Part shown: positions 1 to 12,205 of the stretch, in pieces
Layout: each line of letters starts with the position of its first letter
How positions within the stretch are numbered: position 1 is the stretch's first letter
NCBI GenBank assembly: GCA_019828565.1
Contig: JAHDYR010000024.1
Location: 132,534 to 196,533 of the forward strand
Reading direction: 5' to 3'
DNA length: 64,000 nt
Source of the DNA: Carpediemonas membranifera BICM
Lineage: Eukaryota; Protista; Fornicata
Position numbers and translations under genes: made by a program
Notes under the pieces: generated by a model
Seen by the model: the letters and a program-made list of their open reading frames with translations, nothing else
What the model was told of the DNA's origin: nothing
Databases searched by the model: none

Positions 1-1354
1 CGGGTCTAGAGTTCGCCGTACCAGCTGGGCCGGGTTAGGAACCCACCGACGCCGCGTAGGTAGACTTCCACGGACTTGCCGGCTGCGTTCGGGCTCATCT
101 AGCGCTGTCCGATTTCACTCCAGGTTCCCATTATCGGGGGGGAGCTCCCAGGGGCGGTTGCCACGTCTTCCAGTGTTCCTGGCTAGGCGCCGGGCCACAT
201 CAGGATGGCCCTGCCTTCCCGGCAGGTTACCGACGGAGTGGGTAGCTTCTTGCGTCATCCAGTACCTCCGCCAGTCTGCCATGCATCATCCTCCTGGTGC
301 GCCCCCCACTGTGTGGGGAGGGGGTACCCCTTGCGCGCCGGAGGGATGCGCCGGACAGCTTGTCCGGACGCTTGCGCCCTACTGGCCCAGCTGTTTTGCC
401 AGGCCTTCCCTATTTCGTGCTTGTTGTATGCGGTTGTCCCTTAGTGGTCCTTTGCAGCCTTCCCTCCGCCTGGCGCTACCGGAACATGTGGTGTTGTCCT
501 CATTGGTTCCAGGCCCGCTGCGCTTGGGGTCGGTGCTCGGGCCACCTTTCCAGGCCGCCCTGTGGGTTGGGCCTGTCCCCTCTTGGTGGTGGGGGAGTTG
601 TTTCAAGTGTGATGCAGGCATCAGAGTGCTCCCTTGCTGCGTGGGTTGGGTTGGGTGTGCGGCCGGGCGCTACCGGAACATGTGGGGAAAGAAAGAAAGA
701 AATTTATGGTGCTTGGATTCTGACCCCGGACTGAGCTTGTTTCCCGTTGTCTTGGAGCTGAGTGCCCCGGGGTACTGCCTATTTCCCGTGGCAAACTGGT
801 CAGCAGCGTTTGCCTTGGGCTTTCGGTGCTACTGTCTCCGCGGAAAGCCGATTCCAATCGCCCCAGAGGCCCTGCGGCCATCTCCGTGCAAATATGCTTT
901 CCTGTCTCCCTGAAAGTCCGGCAACTATCCGGGGAGCCTGGGGGTCTGTCCTCGGGGCATTGACAGGCAGGATCGTCCTGCAGAACCTTGACTATGACAC
1001 TCCTTGCTTCCCTGCAGTCCTTGTAGAGCCGTTCAGCCACGGCACCCTCTCGTCTGTCCGGTTCCCCAATTCCATGCCCCCTCGACTCTGTTAAGAAGCC
1101 TACCCGAAGGCGGGGAAAGTGACTAAGTCCATGCTGTCTACCCCGGTTAGGTGGCGTGGGTCAGGGCATGGGTGGTGTACCCCCAGGCACTAGGCCTGGT
1201 TGTCCTGTTACCCCTTACAACATTTCGCTTGCACTACATGTCCTTGGTTTCCCATGTCGTTAACAAGGGCGGCAGGGGCACCTGTGCCCCTCCGACCCCC
1301 GTGGCCAGTCCCTGCAGTTTCCTTGGGGTCCCAACGAGTGGTGCAACCATATGG

Positions 1355-2745
1355 ATATGGATTTCCTTGACCTTATCCTTGCTCTGTCCTTGTCGCATGT
1401 CCTTTCTTTCTTATTTCTGGTCTGTCCTTCCTGTTCTTTCCTTGCAGTCGTTCCTTCCCTTGCTTTGGTTCCTGGCTACCGGGATACGTGGGGCCTTTCC
1501 TCACTGATCCCAGGAGCTTAGCACCAGCGAGGGTGGTCCATGGCTGATTCCTTGTCCATCCCTTCCCGGTCCTGGAGTCAGGGGTTCATGACATGCTTCT
1601 ATTCCACCTTGAAGCTGTTGTAAACCTTTGCCAGTTCCCGTAGTCCTGCCGTGAGGCCTTCCCAAATGTCCTCCGAGCCCCATATTATTAGTTGCTGTAA
1701 TTCTAGGATGGGTCTTTCCTGGTACCATTCGCCCTGGGGGCCCTGCCTTACTTCCAAGTCCTTAGTTTTGTGCTTCGCTGCTGTCCACAGCTTTGTCCAA
1801 GCTTCTCCCCTGTCTACTGCCGGGCATTCACAGATTATGTGCGCTGCCGATCCTAGCCTCTGGCCCTCTGCCCACTCCCTGATCATTTCCTGCTTCCTTG
1901 CTGGTCCTGGCTTTTCCCTAATGATCCTGTAGAACAGGCTCACCTCCGACTCCTCCGAGCATAGGGGGCATAGTCTGCTAATTTCTCTCTTCAGGTCAGC
2001 GCCTTGGGCCAGCTCTGTGATGGCTCTCATAGGGCCCTCCCCTCTCTCTGCCGACGATGGGGATGGGCTGACATTGGCTGCAATGGATACAATTCTCTTC
2101 CATTCCGCCCTGCTTTTGCCCCTTCCCAGCCTTTCGGTCTACCGTAGGCTTACCTTGCAGACACTTGCTTAATTTCCTTGTCCCCATGATTTCCATTAGT
2201 CCTAGTGCCGTACGGCTTTTGCACCGCTTCATCCACCCCCTCCTGATCGTTTCCATGCCATAATCCAGTAGCGCTGGTTTAGGGGCTCCCTCTCTGGTGC
2301 CCTCCAGTAGATGCTGCACTCTCTCCCTAGCTTCCCACATAACCGTGCCCCGCCCCCATTCTCTGTTTCTGACTGGTATATCCTGGTCCCTGTAGTTGAC
2401 TATCCTTTTGACTGCCAGCCATTCCATAATATGGATTTCCTTGACCTTATCCTTGCTCTGTCCTTGTTGCATGTCCTTTCTTTCTTATTTCTGGTCTGTC
2501 CTTCCTGTTAATTCCTTGCAGTCGTTCCTTCCCTTGCTTTGGTTCCTGGCTACCGGGATACGTGGGGCCTTTCCTCACTGATCCCAGGAGCTTAGCACCC
2601 AGCGAGGGTGGTCCATGGCTGATTCCTTGTCCATCCCTTCCCGGTCCTGGAGTCAGGGGTTCATGACATGCTTCTATTCCACCTTGAAGCTGTTGTAAAC
2701 CTTTGCCAGTTCCCGTAGTCCTGCCGTGAGGCCTTCCCAAATGTC
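1355..2745. repeat. ~315-bp direct duplication (1355-1670 and 2429-2745) of LINE-A ORF2 end and proximal 3' UTR
   Basis: Near-identical sequence from ATATGGATTTCCTTGACC to CTTCCCAAATGTC at both places. Confidence 0.9.
1599..2428 (-). pseudogene. LINE-A ORF2 C-terminal region with CCHC-type zinc knuckle
   Basis: ORFs 1996..2472 and 1599..2030; LCPLC...AHIICEC, homologous to LINE-B ICPIC...SHIIAEC. Confidence 0.75.
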
Positions 2746-2891
2746 TATTTCTGTCCATGGGGTTCGCTGGAGTTCGCTCCACACTCCGTTCCCGAACACT
2801 TTGTCCCTTGCCTTTGCTCCCCTGTTGTTCACTGGGTCGCCCATGCATGCTCTTATAGTCTCTTCCCATTGGTCCGAGCTCTTGATCCTGT

Positions 2892-3791
2892 TCAGCTTTG
2901 AGACTGTGACTGGCCCCTCCTTCTTTTCATGGGCCAGGTGTGCACCTCGGGTATGGCCAGAGCCACGTCTCGCTCACTTCTGCCATAGTACCGTTGTTCC
3001 TTCCATGCTAGTGTGATTCCATTGTGTGCTGAGCCCCATACCCCGACCTTCTGAGACTCTACCACCTCAATCTCCGCCCCCTGGATTCCTGGTGTTGTCA
3101 CTGCAAAGTCCGGGGTTGATGTTCCTGATGTGAGCGTCCCAGACTTGGGTATGATGGCTTTGAGCCTGTGCTTCTCCATCATATCCTTCCACCGGGTGGA
3201 TCTTTCCATCTGGCCTGGGTCGATGTTCCAGTCTCCCATAATTATGGCCTCCATGCTCCCTTTCATGTCCATGATCTTCTGTATAGTGTCCCTGAATCCA
3301 TCCTTCTCCTGCTTGCTGTGGCCGGATGGAGGGCCATACACGTTGATGACTAGTATGTCCCTGCCGGTTCTCATTATGCTGGCTTGCACTCTTCCCGATA
3401 GGCTGTCCGTTATGCCGATGTCCCACTTTGCAGTTGCGTGTGGGCTCACTCTCGTGCCGATGCCTTCCCTTGTTCCCTTCCATCTTGGCGCAGGTTCGTC
3501 ATTGCCTGCTATGCCTAGTTGTCGGTTGATGCGGTGCTGACTTTTGACATCCGCCTTTCGTTTTTCGTTGGCTAAGACCAGGTCCTCTTCCGTCTCCCTC
3601 CCTGCTAGTGCGTAGTCAAGGTCCATGAAGCAATGAACCCTCGTATTCGCCGTTCTCCATGTCTCTTGTATGAGTACTGCCTCTATGTCCTTCAACCTTA
3701 GCTGAATCGCCGTTGCCATAGACGCCGTGAAGTCCTTTCCTCTTCCTATGTGTCCCTCTGTGTTCAGACTAAGTATCTTGTAGGTTACCAT
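2892..3791 (-). CDS. LINE-A ORF2 N-terminus: apurinic-like (APE/EEP) endonuclease
   Basis: Motifs LSLNTEG, LIQETW, INVYGP, MGDWN, PDFAV, SAH. Confidence 0.85.
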   Translation of the reverse strand: MVTYKILSLNTEGHIGRGKDFTASMATAIQLRLKDIEAVLIQETWRTANTRVHCFMDLDYALAGRETEEDLVLANEKRKADVKSQHRINRQLGIAGNDEPAPRWKGTREGIGTRVSPHATAKWDIGITDSLSGRVQASIMRTGRDILVINVYGPPSGHSKQEKDGFRDTIQKIMDMKGSMEAIIMGDWNIDPGQMERSTRWKDMMEKHRLKAIIPKSGTLTSGTSTPDFAVTTPGIQGAEIEVVESQKVGVWGSAHNGITLAWKEQRYYGRSERDVALAIPEVHTWPMKRRRGQSQSQS

Positions 3792-4123
3792 TGCCTTTGT
3801 CCTGTTTCCTTATCCTGCGAATTCCCAGAATTTGGGAGCCCCAGCTTCCCGCTCCTCTCCTGCTATCCTTGTCCTAACAAGGGGCCTAGATGCCGGTCTC
3901 GGTGACCCTTGTCAGGCCAACCTTGTTACCACCTGGTGACCTTCCATTCTTCGGGCAGGGTACTTAGGAGGGGGACGATATGACGTGACCCCCCCTTTGG
4001 CTGCCGCTACAGCCTACCGGCAGTGCATTTCAGCTAATGCCGGGCCCTGGGTGGGAGCCAGGGCTTGTGAATTATAAAGAAAATGTTGCTTGTTCCTTGA
4101 AAGAATACTGCTTTACCATGTCC

Positions 4124-7100
4124 TTACTCCTCCTCCGTGGACTCCCCACTGCCGCTGCAGCTGTCCTCGGCCTGACTCACTTGCTGTCCTTGTAGACTCT
4201 GCATTACCGTGATGAACTGGGTCATCAGGTCCATGGGTGAGATCTGCTTGGCCTTCTTAGCCTTCTTGTGCTTGTGCCGGGGGATCGTGGGCTTCTCCTT
4301 GCTGGGCTTAGTCGCGACGCCGGAGAGCACCAACCTTCCGTGGCCTTGCTCTTGCATGAGTCGGGCAGCCTTGAGCGCTGAGATCTCTTGTTGCGCCTCT
4401 GCCAACTGCTTTCGGAGCCGCAGCTTCTCCGAGTCCATGCCGGTTGCCTGTCTGCTTCCAGACTCCCAGTCCATGTCCTCTTCGTGCCTGCTTCTCTTTC
4501 CGCTGTCCGAGTCCATGATCCTACTCGTGCTGCCCTCCTTGCGCTTGAGCGTCGTGGAGGAAGAGTGATCCTTGCTGTTGTCCATGCCTCCCTCTGAGCC
4601 TCTACCGGCCCAGGTGTTCCCGCTGAACGAGCCTCTCATCTGCGTTCCCGTGTTGTCCTGTCTCTCCCTGTCGTCTCCTCCGTGGTTACGATCCGAGGTC
4701 CTGTTCATGTTACCAGCTCTGTCGCCGGTTCTGTCGTCAGCTCTGACACCAGCTCTACCGCCGGCTCCGTGTCCTACCCTTCTGTCCTCTTCCCTGTCTC
4801 CATGCTGGTCGTGATGTCCTTGATCCGCGTCCTGGCCGAAGTGCCTGCCCACCATCCTGGTGCTAATCCGCCTCGCCTTTTCCTCCAGGCCGTTGTCGAA
4901 GAACCTACTTTGGTATGGCTGTTCGGACTTTCCGTCGATGGTGGGGACATACGTGATGCCTGGGACATTGACTGTGTTGGCTCTGGGCTCGTCCGGGATA
5001 GCTGCCGAGACTAGTCTGGCCCCTTCCTTGCGCATGCGGCTTAGGATGGTCCCAGCCTCGCTGACCCTGACCATGCCCCCAGTCTCTCGGGATGAAGCTC
5101 GCCCCTAGGGTGATCCTACCCCTGTTCCTGGGGGCCTTGACGTTGACTATGACCTTCTCATAGTCCCTGAGGCTCTCTGCTAGGTCGTCGCAGCCCCAGA
5201 CTCCTTGATGAGCCGTAGCCTCCTTCGAGGGCCACCACTCGTATAGCATGGCCATGGTTATGATGTCCTCCTCCCTTGCTGCCCCTAGGCCCTTCCTGAC
5301 GCGTACCATGCGGAGCTGGTTAGCCGTGGCTCTTTCCATGATGGTCCATAGCGGGCTTCTCTCCAGTACACCTTCGTTGTCCATGATTGTGAGGGGGCCA
5401 GTAAGATGCCCTTCATGCCCAACAGAACCTCCCCGAACCCGAAGCCGATGCCGAAGCGGTGTCCGTTGTCCGGGACTACGAGGATCCTGTCGCCGACTTC
5501 CCTGCTGACGTCCCTTGCGTCCCCGATCGGGTACGTGCCGAAGATCTCAAAGGTGTCCCTCCTTGTCGCGAATTCCGGGCCTCCCATGATATCCATGCCC
5601 GGCTCCGCCTTCCCGACTGCTTCCATGGTCTTGTCGAGTGCCTTACCCATGTAGTGGTAGACGTCTGGGGTGCTCATCCTCTCCTTGCATAGGGCCCTGA
5701 TCCTGGCTGTGAAGACTACTGTATCCGCCAACCCACAGTGGTAGCAACCCGCGGTGTGTCTGTGGTACGGACAGACTCCCTTGGGCTCGCTCCTGTTCTG
5801 CCATCCATTTGACCATGTTGTTACTGCTTCCAGGTAGTTGGCCTTGTCGAGGTTGTCCCTGAGGTTTTGGCCAGCCTCCTCCTTGCCGTTGTTCTCCAGG
5901 ATCTCTGGTAGCTTCTTCTCGTCCACCAGCCTAGCTTGGAAGAATTCCCTGGTTCCTTGCTCCAGTCCATTTGTGGGGTTCGTGAGGAGGAAGCTTTCCA
6001 TCTCCACCCCCTTTGCATACATGATTATCTTCCAACCCTCCGACCTTTCGATCCTTGCCAGCTGAGCCGCCAGGCGGTTGGCCCAGTCCCTGAAAGTATG
6101 TATGTGCTTCTCATACTCGATCGGCGGCCGCCCCGTCCCGACCTCCACGAAGGTGGCCGGCGGCAGCCCCGTCACTGCCCATGCCGTGTACCTCGCTTGG
6201 TCCATGCTTGCTGCCGGTATGTCCTGGTAATACAGGCCATGCCCGTGTCCAAGAATGTCCCCAGTGCTGAGGTCAAAGAGTACGATCCCGCCCTCAACCG
6301 GGATGGCAGGGATCCCTGCCTTCTTGACGCCAGGGTCTGCGCACTCGAAGTCGATGGCTCCGATCACCAGTCGTTTCTCCTTGTCCTTTCTAGGCATCCT
6401 CGGCGGCTGGCTGCTGACCTTGTTTGAGTCGACCTCCTCGTCCTGGTCGATCTTGCCTTGGTTGGCCCCGACCATGTCCTTGTTCACTTCCAGGAGGCTG
6501 TCGTCGAGGCTTCTTCTGCCGGGCATGGTGGCCTGCTGGCGTCGTTCCTCCTTGTCCTTGACATGTTGCTCCTCGTCTCCGTCGATGACCGTGCTAGCGG
6601 ACGACCTGTCCAGATCGGCATGTTCGTCCCTATTGCTGCGGACCGAGGTGGCCTTGAGCACTTCCAGCCTCACCTTCCGGAACGGCGGCTCGTTGCTAAG
6701 GGGGTCTCCTCCCCTTCGCCCAGGATATTGGTTCTGCCCTTCAGGTAGATCCCTGACTTGTTCCATGCTGCCTGCCATATGGCCGGGGCCTCCGGTGCCT
6801 GAAGCCTGAGGATGTCCCTAGCCTCCTCCATGAAGCGGCTGATGGACCATGCTGACGTGTCGCTTAGCTCTAGGATGACCCTGTACTTGCCGTCCTCTTG
6901 CTCGTAGGCCACTCTGGTGACCGGGCCTTGGTTTGCCGGATCCCATACCTTGTCGTAAGGCACGCCTTCTACGGCCTCGTCTCCATGAGCCCCTGATACC
7001 AGTATGAACGACCCTTCGGCCTTCTTGACGCTGTCCCTGTCTACATCCCATTCGATGGGCCCATCTTCCTTCGGCTTGAGGATCGCCGTCTCGATGTCCT

Positions 7101-7626
7101 TCTCAGATGGCCATCTTGCCATGCCAGTGAAGCCCGCTTTCAGCGTCTTGGGCTCCAGTGCCTGTGCCATGTCCTTTGCTTCCTCGTCTCTGGGGTTGAG
7201 CGCCTCTGTGAGCATGTAGAAAAGGTCGCGGAGGCCGTGGATGCCGCATGGGTTCCTGAGGATGATGTCCTTGTTGTCAGTGACGCCGGTTGCGAAGAGG
7301 ATGCGTCTGGCGTTCATGATTACTTCCTTGCGTCCTTTGGAGTTCGCATTGAGCGACTTTCCTGTAAACTTGCCTGTTCTACGAAGAAGTAGAGTCCTTG
7401 AATCGTTCCTTTCAGCGAGGAAGCTGTCCAGTAGTTCCCTGATGTCCTCCCACTGCTTCTGCGTGGAATCCCTGATCCTTGTCGGTATTTCTACCTGCAT
7501 TGTTGAGTGCAAAATTTCTCCCCTTTTCCTAGTCCATAAACTGGGTCGGAATTTTTGGGTCCGAAAGTCGGGCCACATGTACATATCCGGGTGAGGTCTC
7601 CGTCCAGGCCTTCCAGTTTCTCCCAT
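4124..7626 (-). pseudogene. LINE-A ORF1 (~1150 aa if frameshifts are repaired) containing a DEDDh/Maelstrom-like nuclease domain at ~5690-6375
   Basis: Overlapping ORFs 6670..7626, 5285..6778, 4905..5384, 4124..5074; AIDFE, PVEGG, YAKGVEME, CPYH...HCGLAD; coiled-coil/basic C-terminus. Confidence 0.7.
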
Positions 7627-8180
7627 TGTCCATGCTCCGAACTATATAGGCCATTCTTTCAAAAAGGCGCGGTCCTAAAAATGCGTCGCCCTTTTCTGAG
7701 TAGCGGGGCCTTTCTGTGTAGTTGTTGTTGCTTTGTTCGTAGTCTCCTTTTAGCCTCTATCGACGGCCCCTGTTTCCCTTTTGTGCTGCCCTTCCTTCCT
7801 TGTGGTCTTGACAAAACCATGTAGCCGCCGGTGCTAGCACTGGCCCTCGACGGTTGTTTTCCTTTTCCTTGTAAACATACGTTCCATGAAGACACTTTGA
7901 TTCCTTGGTATGGGCGTGGAGCTCCCACTCGCGCCCAGCGGTATGCCCTGATAGCAACCCTTGAATGTTCAGACAGGAGGCCAAGGCCGCTCCTTCTGAG
8001 CTCCATGGGGCACTGCCCTATCCATATAGGCCAGGCCTGTTGGTCCTTGTCCATCCATGATCGAAGTGTTTCCACTTTGCTGAAATCATTGGTGAACTTG
8101 GAACATGTGGGGGGAAAACACCTCCCGCCGGTTCCAGGAATGTTCCGCCCTGTGCCTTGTCTTCACCCAGGGCTTTCCTC

Positions 8181-11100
8181 CTAGGGGTCTGGGCCTGTTC
8201 TGAGGTTCATGAGGGCCTTTTTCCCGCATAATAGACCCTCCTTCACTGTTTCATCCTCCTGTTGCAGTAGCCAGTGGAGCTCCAATATGGCCCTGGAGTT
8301 ATACCACTCCCCATCTGGGCCGTGCCGCAGCCTACTTGCCATGGTGTGTGTTGCCGCAGCTTCCCAGCACTGCTCCCACCCACTTGGGCGGCCGACGCCC
8401 TGGCACTCCGCTATGATGTGGCTTTGTGTTCCTAGCGGTTGGTCTTCCAGCCACCCGGCTACTGCCACTAGCGCCTGCGCCTGGGGGGGGGTATAGTTGG
8501 AGGTAGTTGATCAATTCGCGTTCGGCTGCGAGTGTGCATATCGGGCATATTCTTTGGATACGGTCGCAGAGCATTTCCTGCCCAGGGTACCTCCTGCTTA
8601 TGATGAGCGCGGCTCCTCGAGTTGTGTGGCTGTTGCTAGCGGAGGGGAGCGTGTTGGAGGCTGTTGCAACTACCCTCTTCAGCTCCCTCCTGAGCATCAT
8701 CTCCCCTCTGATAATCTTTTGGTTTCTTGGGTGCTCTCCCGCCTGCCATTGTTTGCATTGCCTCCGCAGCTAGCACTTCGGCGGCCGCCTTGGCTGTTCG
8801 GCTACCTTTGGTGGCGATGTCTCGTGCTGTCATCTTCCATCCCCCGGCTATTGCTCTGGGTCTGGGTCCGTGAAGGTCGCTAGGGGCCAGATCTAGTACG
8901 TTGTCTGCCCACTTGTTCAGCTTTCCGATAACGGACTTGGGGTTCGCTCTTCCCCAGTCGAAGTCCGCTAGGGGCGATGGGCGGTCAGGGTCCCGGGCCG
9001 ATTCGCGGATTCTAACCGCTCTTACACCCATGTCCGCTTCCCAGCACATCCATCCCATCATCAGGCGGGCGACACCCCTCCACCGGGTCCGGTTCCCGCC
9101 ATGAGTCCTCGCCAGTCGTTCCAAAGCCTTCTGCCTCCTGGGACTTGGCCCCAGATTTCGATTCCGAATTCGATCTTTGGCCATAGGAAGGTGCGGAGGA
9201 TGGACTCGGAGACAGCCGCGGGCGTGGAGCCTTTAGTCCATCCCACTCTCCGGGCGAGGGCGATGTACTTGTTCGACTGTTCTCTTTTCTTTGCGATGCA
9301 TGCGCTGAGCGGATGAGGGCCACTTGCTATCCAGAGTCCCAAGTATCGGCCTGACTCCGCTGCTCGGGTGGCCTCCCCTTGAATTCGCACTTCCGCATTT
9401 GGATTGGTACTTATGACGATGTTCTTTCCTGGGCTGATACACAGCTTGTGTGCCACTATCACTTCCACCATTGCGGCGGTGAGGGACTCCGCATCATTTT
9501 CTTTCTTTGCCGAGATGCTCGTATCGTCTACGAACATTGCTATGATGCCATTCCCGGGTCTGTGGTGGGTGGGGGAAGCTTCGGGTCTGGTATCTCGCCG
9601 TACTGTATTCTGAGTGACGCCTGGCTAATCCAGTTGGCCGTAAATAGTATGAATAGGGTGGGGGCGACCACGCAACCTTGCTTGACTCCTAGGTTCGTTT
9701 CGGACCATAGGTCGGATCCCCTTACCGCAATGTAGGTCCTCTCCATTGTGCTTTGTACTGCTCTGACTAGGTGGGGGTGTACACCCATATTGATCAGCTT
9801 GCTGACTAGGATGTCCCTGGGAACCGTGTCGTACGCCTTTGCAATGTCGAGCAGCACGCTGGTCCGGTCTCCTTCTTGGTGCAGTTGGGTTAGGAGGGCG
9901 ATGTGGTCTATGACTGTCTTTCCCTTCATGAAGCCGATCTGCTCTCTGGGGGTGTGCCTCTCAACTGTTGGTTTGAGCCTCCATTTGAGTACCTTCCCAT
10001 ATGCTCGGTAGAGGAGGGGGGTGAGTGAGATGGGTCGGTAGGATCCTGGCAGTAGCTTATCTTTCCCTACTTTGTGTATCGGGGAGATGGAGGCGTACTT
10101 CCACGTGGTGGGTAGTTCCCCAGACTCGTATACTTTCTGGAAGAGGCATGTGATTGCCCTGTAGGCCGCCTGGGGGAGGTCTCTCAGACATTCGCCCGTG
10201 ATACCATCCGGGCCTCCTGCCGATGATTTCTTCAGGGACTTGATGGCGGCCGTGACCTCCTCCTCCGTGGGGGGTTGATCAGTTGTTTGGGCCGCCGGGA
10301 TCTGGTCCCAACTAGGTGCTATGCCACTACTGACTTGGGCGTATTGCCTCTGCAGCTCCCTAGCTATCTCGTTTTCCCTTGTTAAGATCGACCTCTTTCC
10401 TCTGAGCATCGCCGGTAGCCCTGCGTGTTGTTTCTCGTTCCAGAACCTGTGGACCTGGTTTGCTATGACCTTCTTGGTGGTCTTATACCCTGCCCTTGCG
10501 CTGTTTTCCACCTGCTGCGTCCACTCCTCCTTGAAGCTTTTCCATGACTTCTGGAGCTCGTTGTTCAGGGTCCGCTTGATTTCCGCGGCCCCCGCTTTGT
10601 TCCATCGGGCTAGGATGAGTTGCTTCCATACGTTCTCCGGGATCCTTTTTGCGATCTCCCTGGTCTGACGTTCCTAGCGGAAGTTTGAAATCCCACCGAT
10701 AAGAGTTCCCGTATTTGGTACTCGATTGTATCTACATGGAGCTCCACATCGGGTTGCGGCCATTCCCTTGCCCTTTCCCCGTTGCGCTCTGGGAGGACAT
10801 TCCAGGTGGTTGTTCCTGGGATTTCCAGCTTGGGTTTGGCCGGTTGTTTCTTCCAATGCGGTTCGTCCCAGGTTAGCTCCACTGCCCTATGGGGGAGCCC
10901 CAATGCCCCATCTCAGCTTTGTCAATGACTCTAGCTTTGGCCCTCGTGATCCCCCCAGATACAGCTGCATAATCCAGCGTCGAGGTGGTATTCCCACTCA
11001 TGTATGTGTGAGACGAGGGAAAACTAGGTCTAGATTGTTTCGCTGTAGTGTGGCGCTGGTGGCATGGCGCAGGCTCCGCGGGTCACGGTTCCAGTCCCCC

Positions 11101-11560
11101 ATGATGATTATCTCGAAGCCGTGGTACTCTCTGACGATGTTTTCCAGCTGTTGGTCGAAGCGGTCTAGCTCCCGCTGCGCTGCGGTCACTTGGAGGGGCG
11201 TATATGTTGATGACTGCGATAGCCCTTGAGGTTTCGAGGATGCTAACTTGAACTCGGGGGTTCGTGCCGTCAGATACTCCTACATCCCAGGTTGCCTGTG
11301 AATGTGGGCTGATCACCGTGGCTACGCCTAGGTTAATCTTGCCCTTTCGAGCCTTGATGGGTTTGGCGTGCCCTGCACATGCGTATTGTAGGTCCGCCCA
11401 ACAGGGGACTACGGAGTTACCGTACCTGAATGTTTCCTGCAAGAGGAGGGCGTCCGGGCTCGTGTGCTTGCGAAGCGCTACCGCTATAGATCCGCTGTAG
11501 TCTTCATTGCCCGTTAAGTGTCCTTGGCTGTTAAGGGAGACTATTCGAATTCAGGTTGTT
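8181..11560 (-). pseudogene. LINE-B ORF2: APE endonuclease + reverse transcriptase + zinc knuckle, frameshifted
   Basis: IVSLNSQG, LQETF, INIYAP, MGDWN; GGPDGI, YRPISL, QIGF, LDIAKAYDTV, GVKQG, FVDD, YLG; CPIC...HIIAEC. Confidence 0.9.
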
Positions 11561-12205
11561 ACTGCCTTAACCTGCACTCCTTATTCTGCACTACCTGCAC
11601 ACTTTCATCTTGTTGTTGGGGTTTAGCATCTGCATAGTTGCCTTCCCAATGGGTGAGCGCCTATGTCGTCGTTGTTTAGCACGTTGGGTGGGCCGCTTCC
11701 CGCCCTGTGGGTTGTTGGTGGGCGGCCCGGGTAGGCGTCTTCTTTGCCCTTGATATTTCTCCAGGACCCAGAAGCATGCGCCATTCACATGGGGTGCTTG
11801 GCCAGAACGGCTGCTTCCTCCAGAGTCCCCAGACGTGGCCCAGGTTCCCTCTTGGAGCTGACCTAGGGTGTACCACCCCTTTCACTGGCCGCGCCCTCGC
11901 GGTGCTTGTCGGGACTTTCGTGCCAGTCTCTATAGCGCTTCTGGCCTCGCACATTGGCAGCATCGTTACCTAACTACGCATAGGTGGGAGCGACTCCTTT
12001 CGGCGCCCCTCCCAAGGCTGGAGTTCCAGCCTGCCGGACAGGCGGGTCCTCGATGGCGTTCCAACTGCCTCTTACCCGCCCCCCGGTCCCTGCGGGGAAC
12101 AGGGGTTTTAAGAAAAGAAAAAGTCACCCGGGCATTGGCGCCAGTACAGCCCTTCTGGCGGGCTCCAACGCTGCACCTATTCCGGCGCCTTCACTTCACC
12201 TAGTC

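Larger units (their letters stand above)
688..8099 (-). mobile_element. Non-LTR retrotransposon LINE-A (large ORF1 + APE-ORF2), RT core deleted/rearranged
   Basis: 13-bp TSD GGAACATGTGGGG at 675-687 and 8100-8112; (TTTC)n 3' tail at ~688-704, the same end as the copy at 57106-58517; APE motifs; C-terminal CPLC...HIICEC knuckle; no RT DD motif found. Confidence 0.8.

Noticed and set aside
621-1040. ORF3 in the LINE-A 3' UTR
   Set aside because: No recognisable motif, runs through the tail without its own stop; conservation in the 58164 copy only reflects recent duplication
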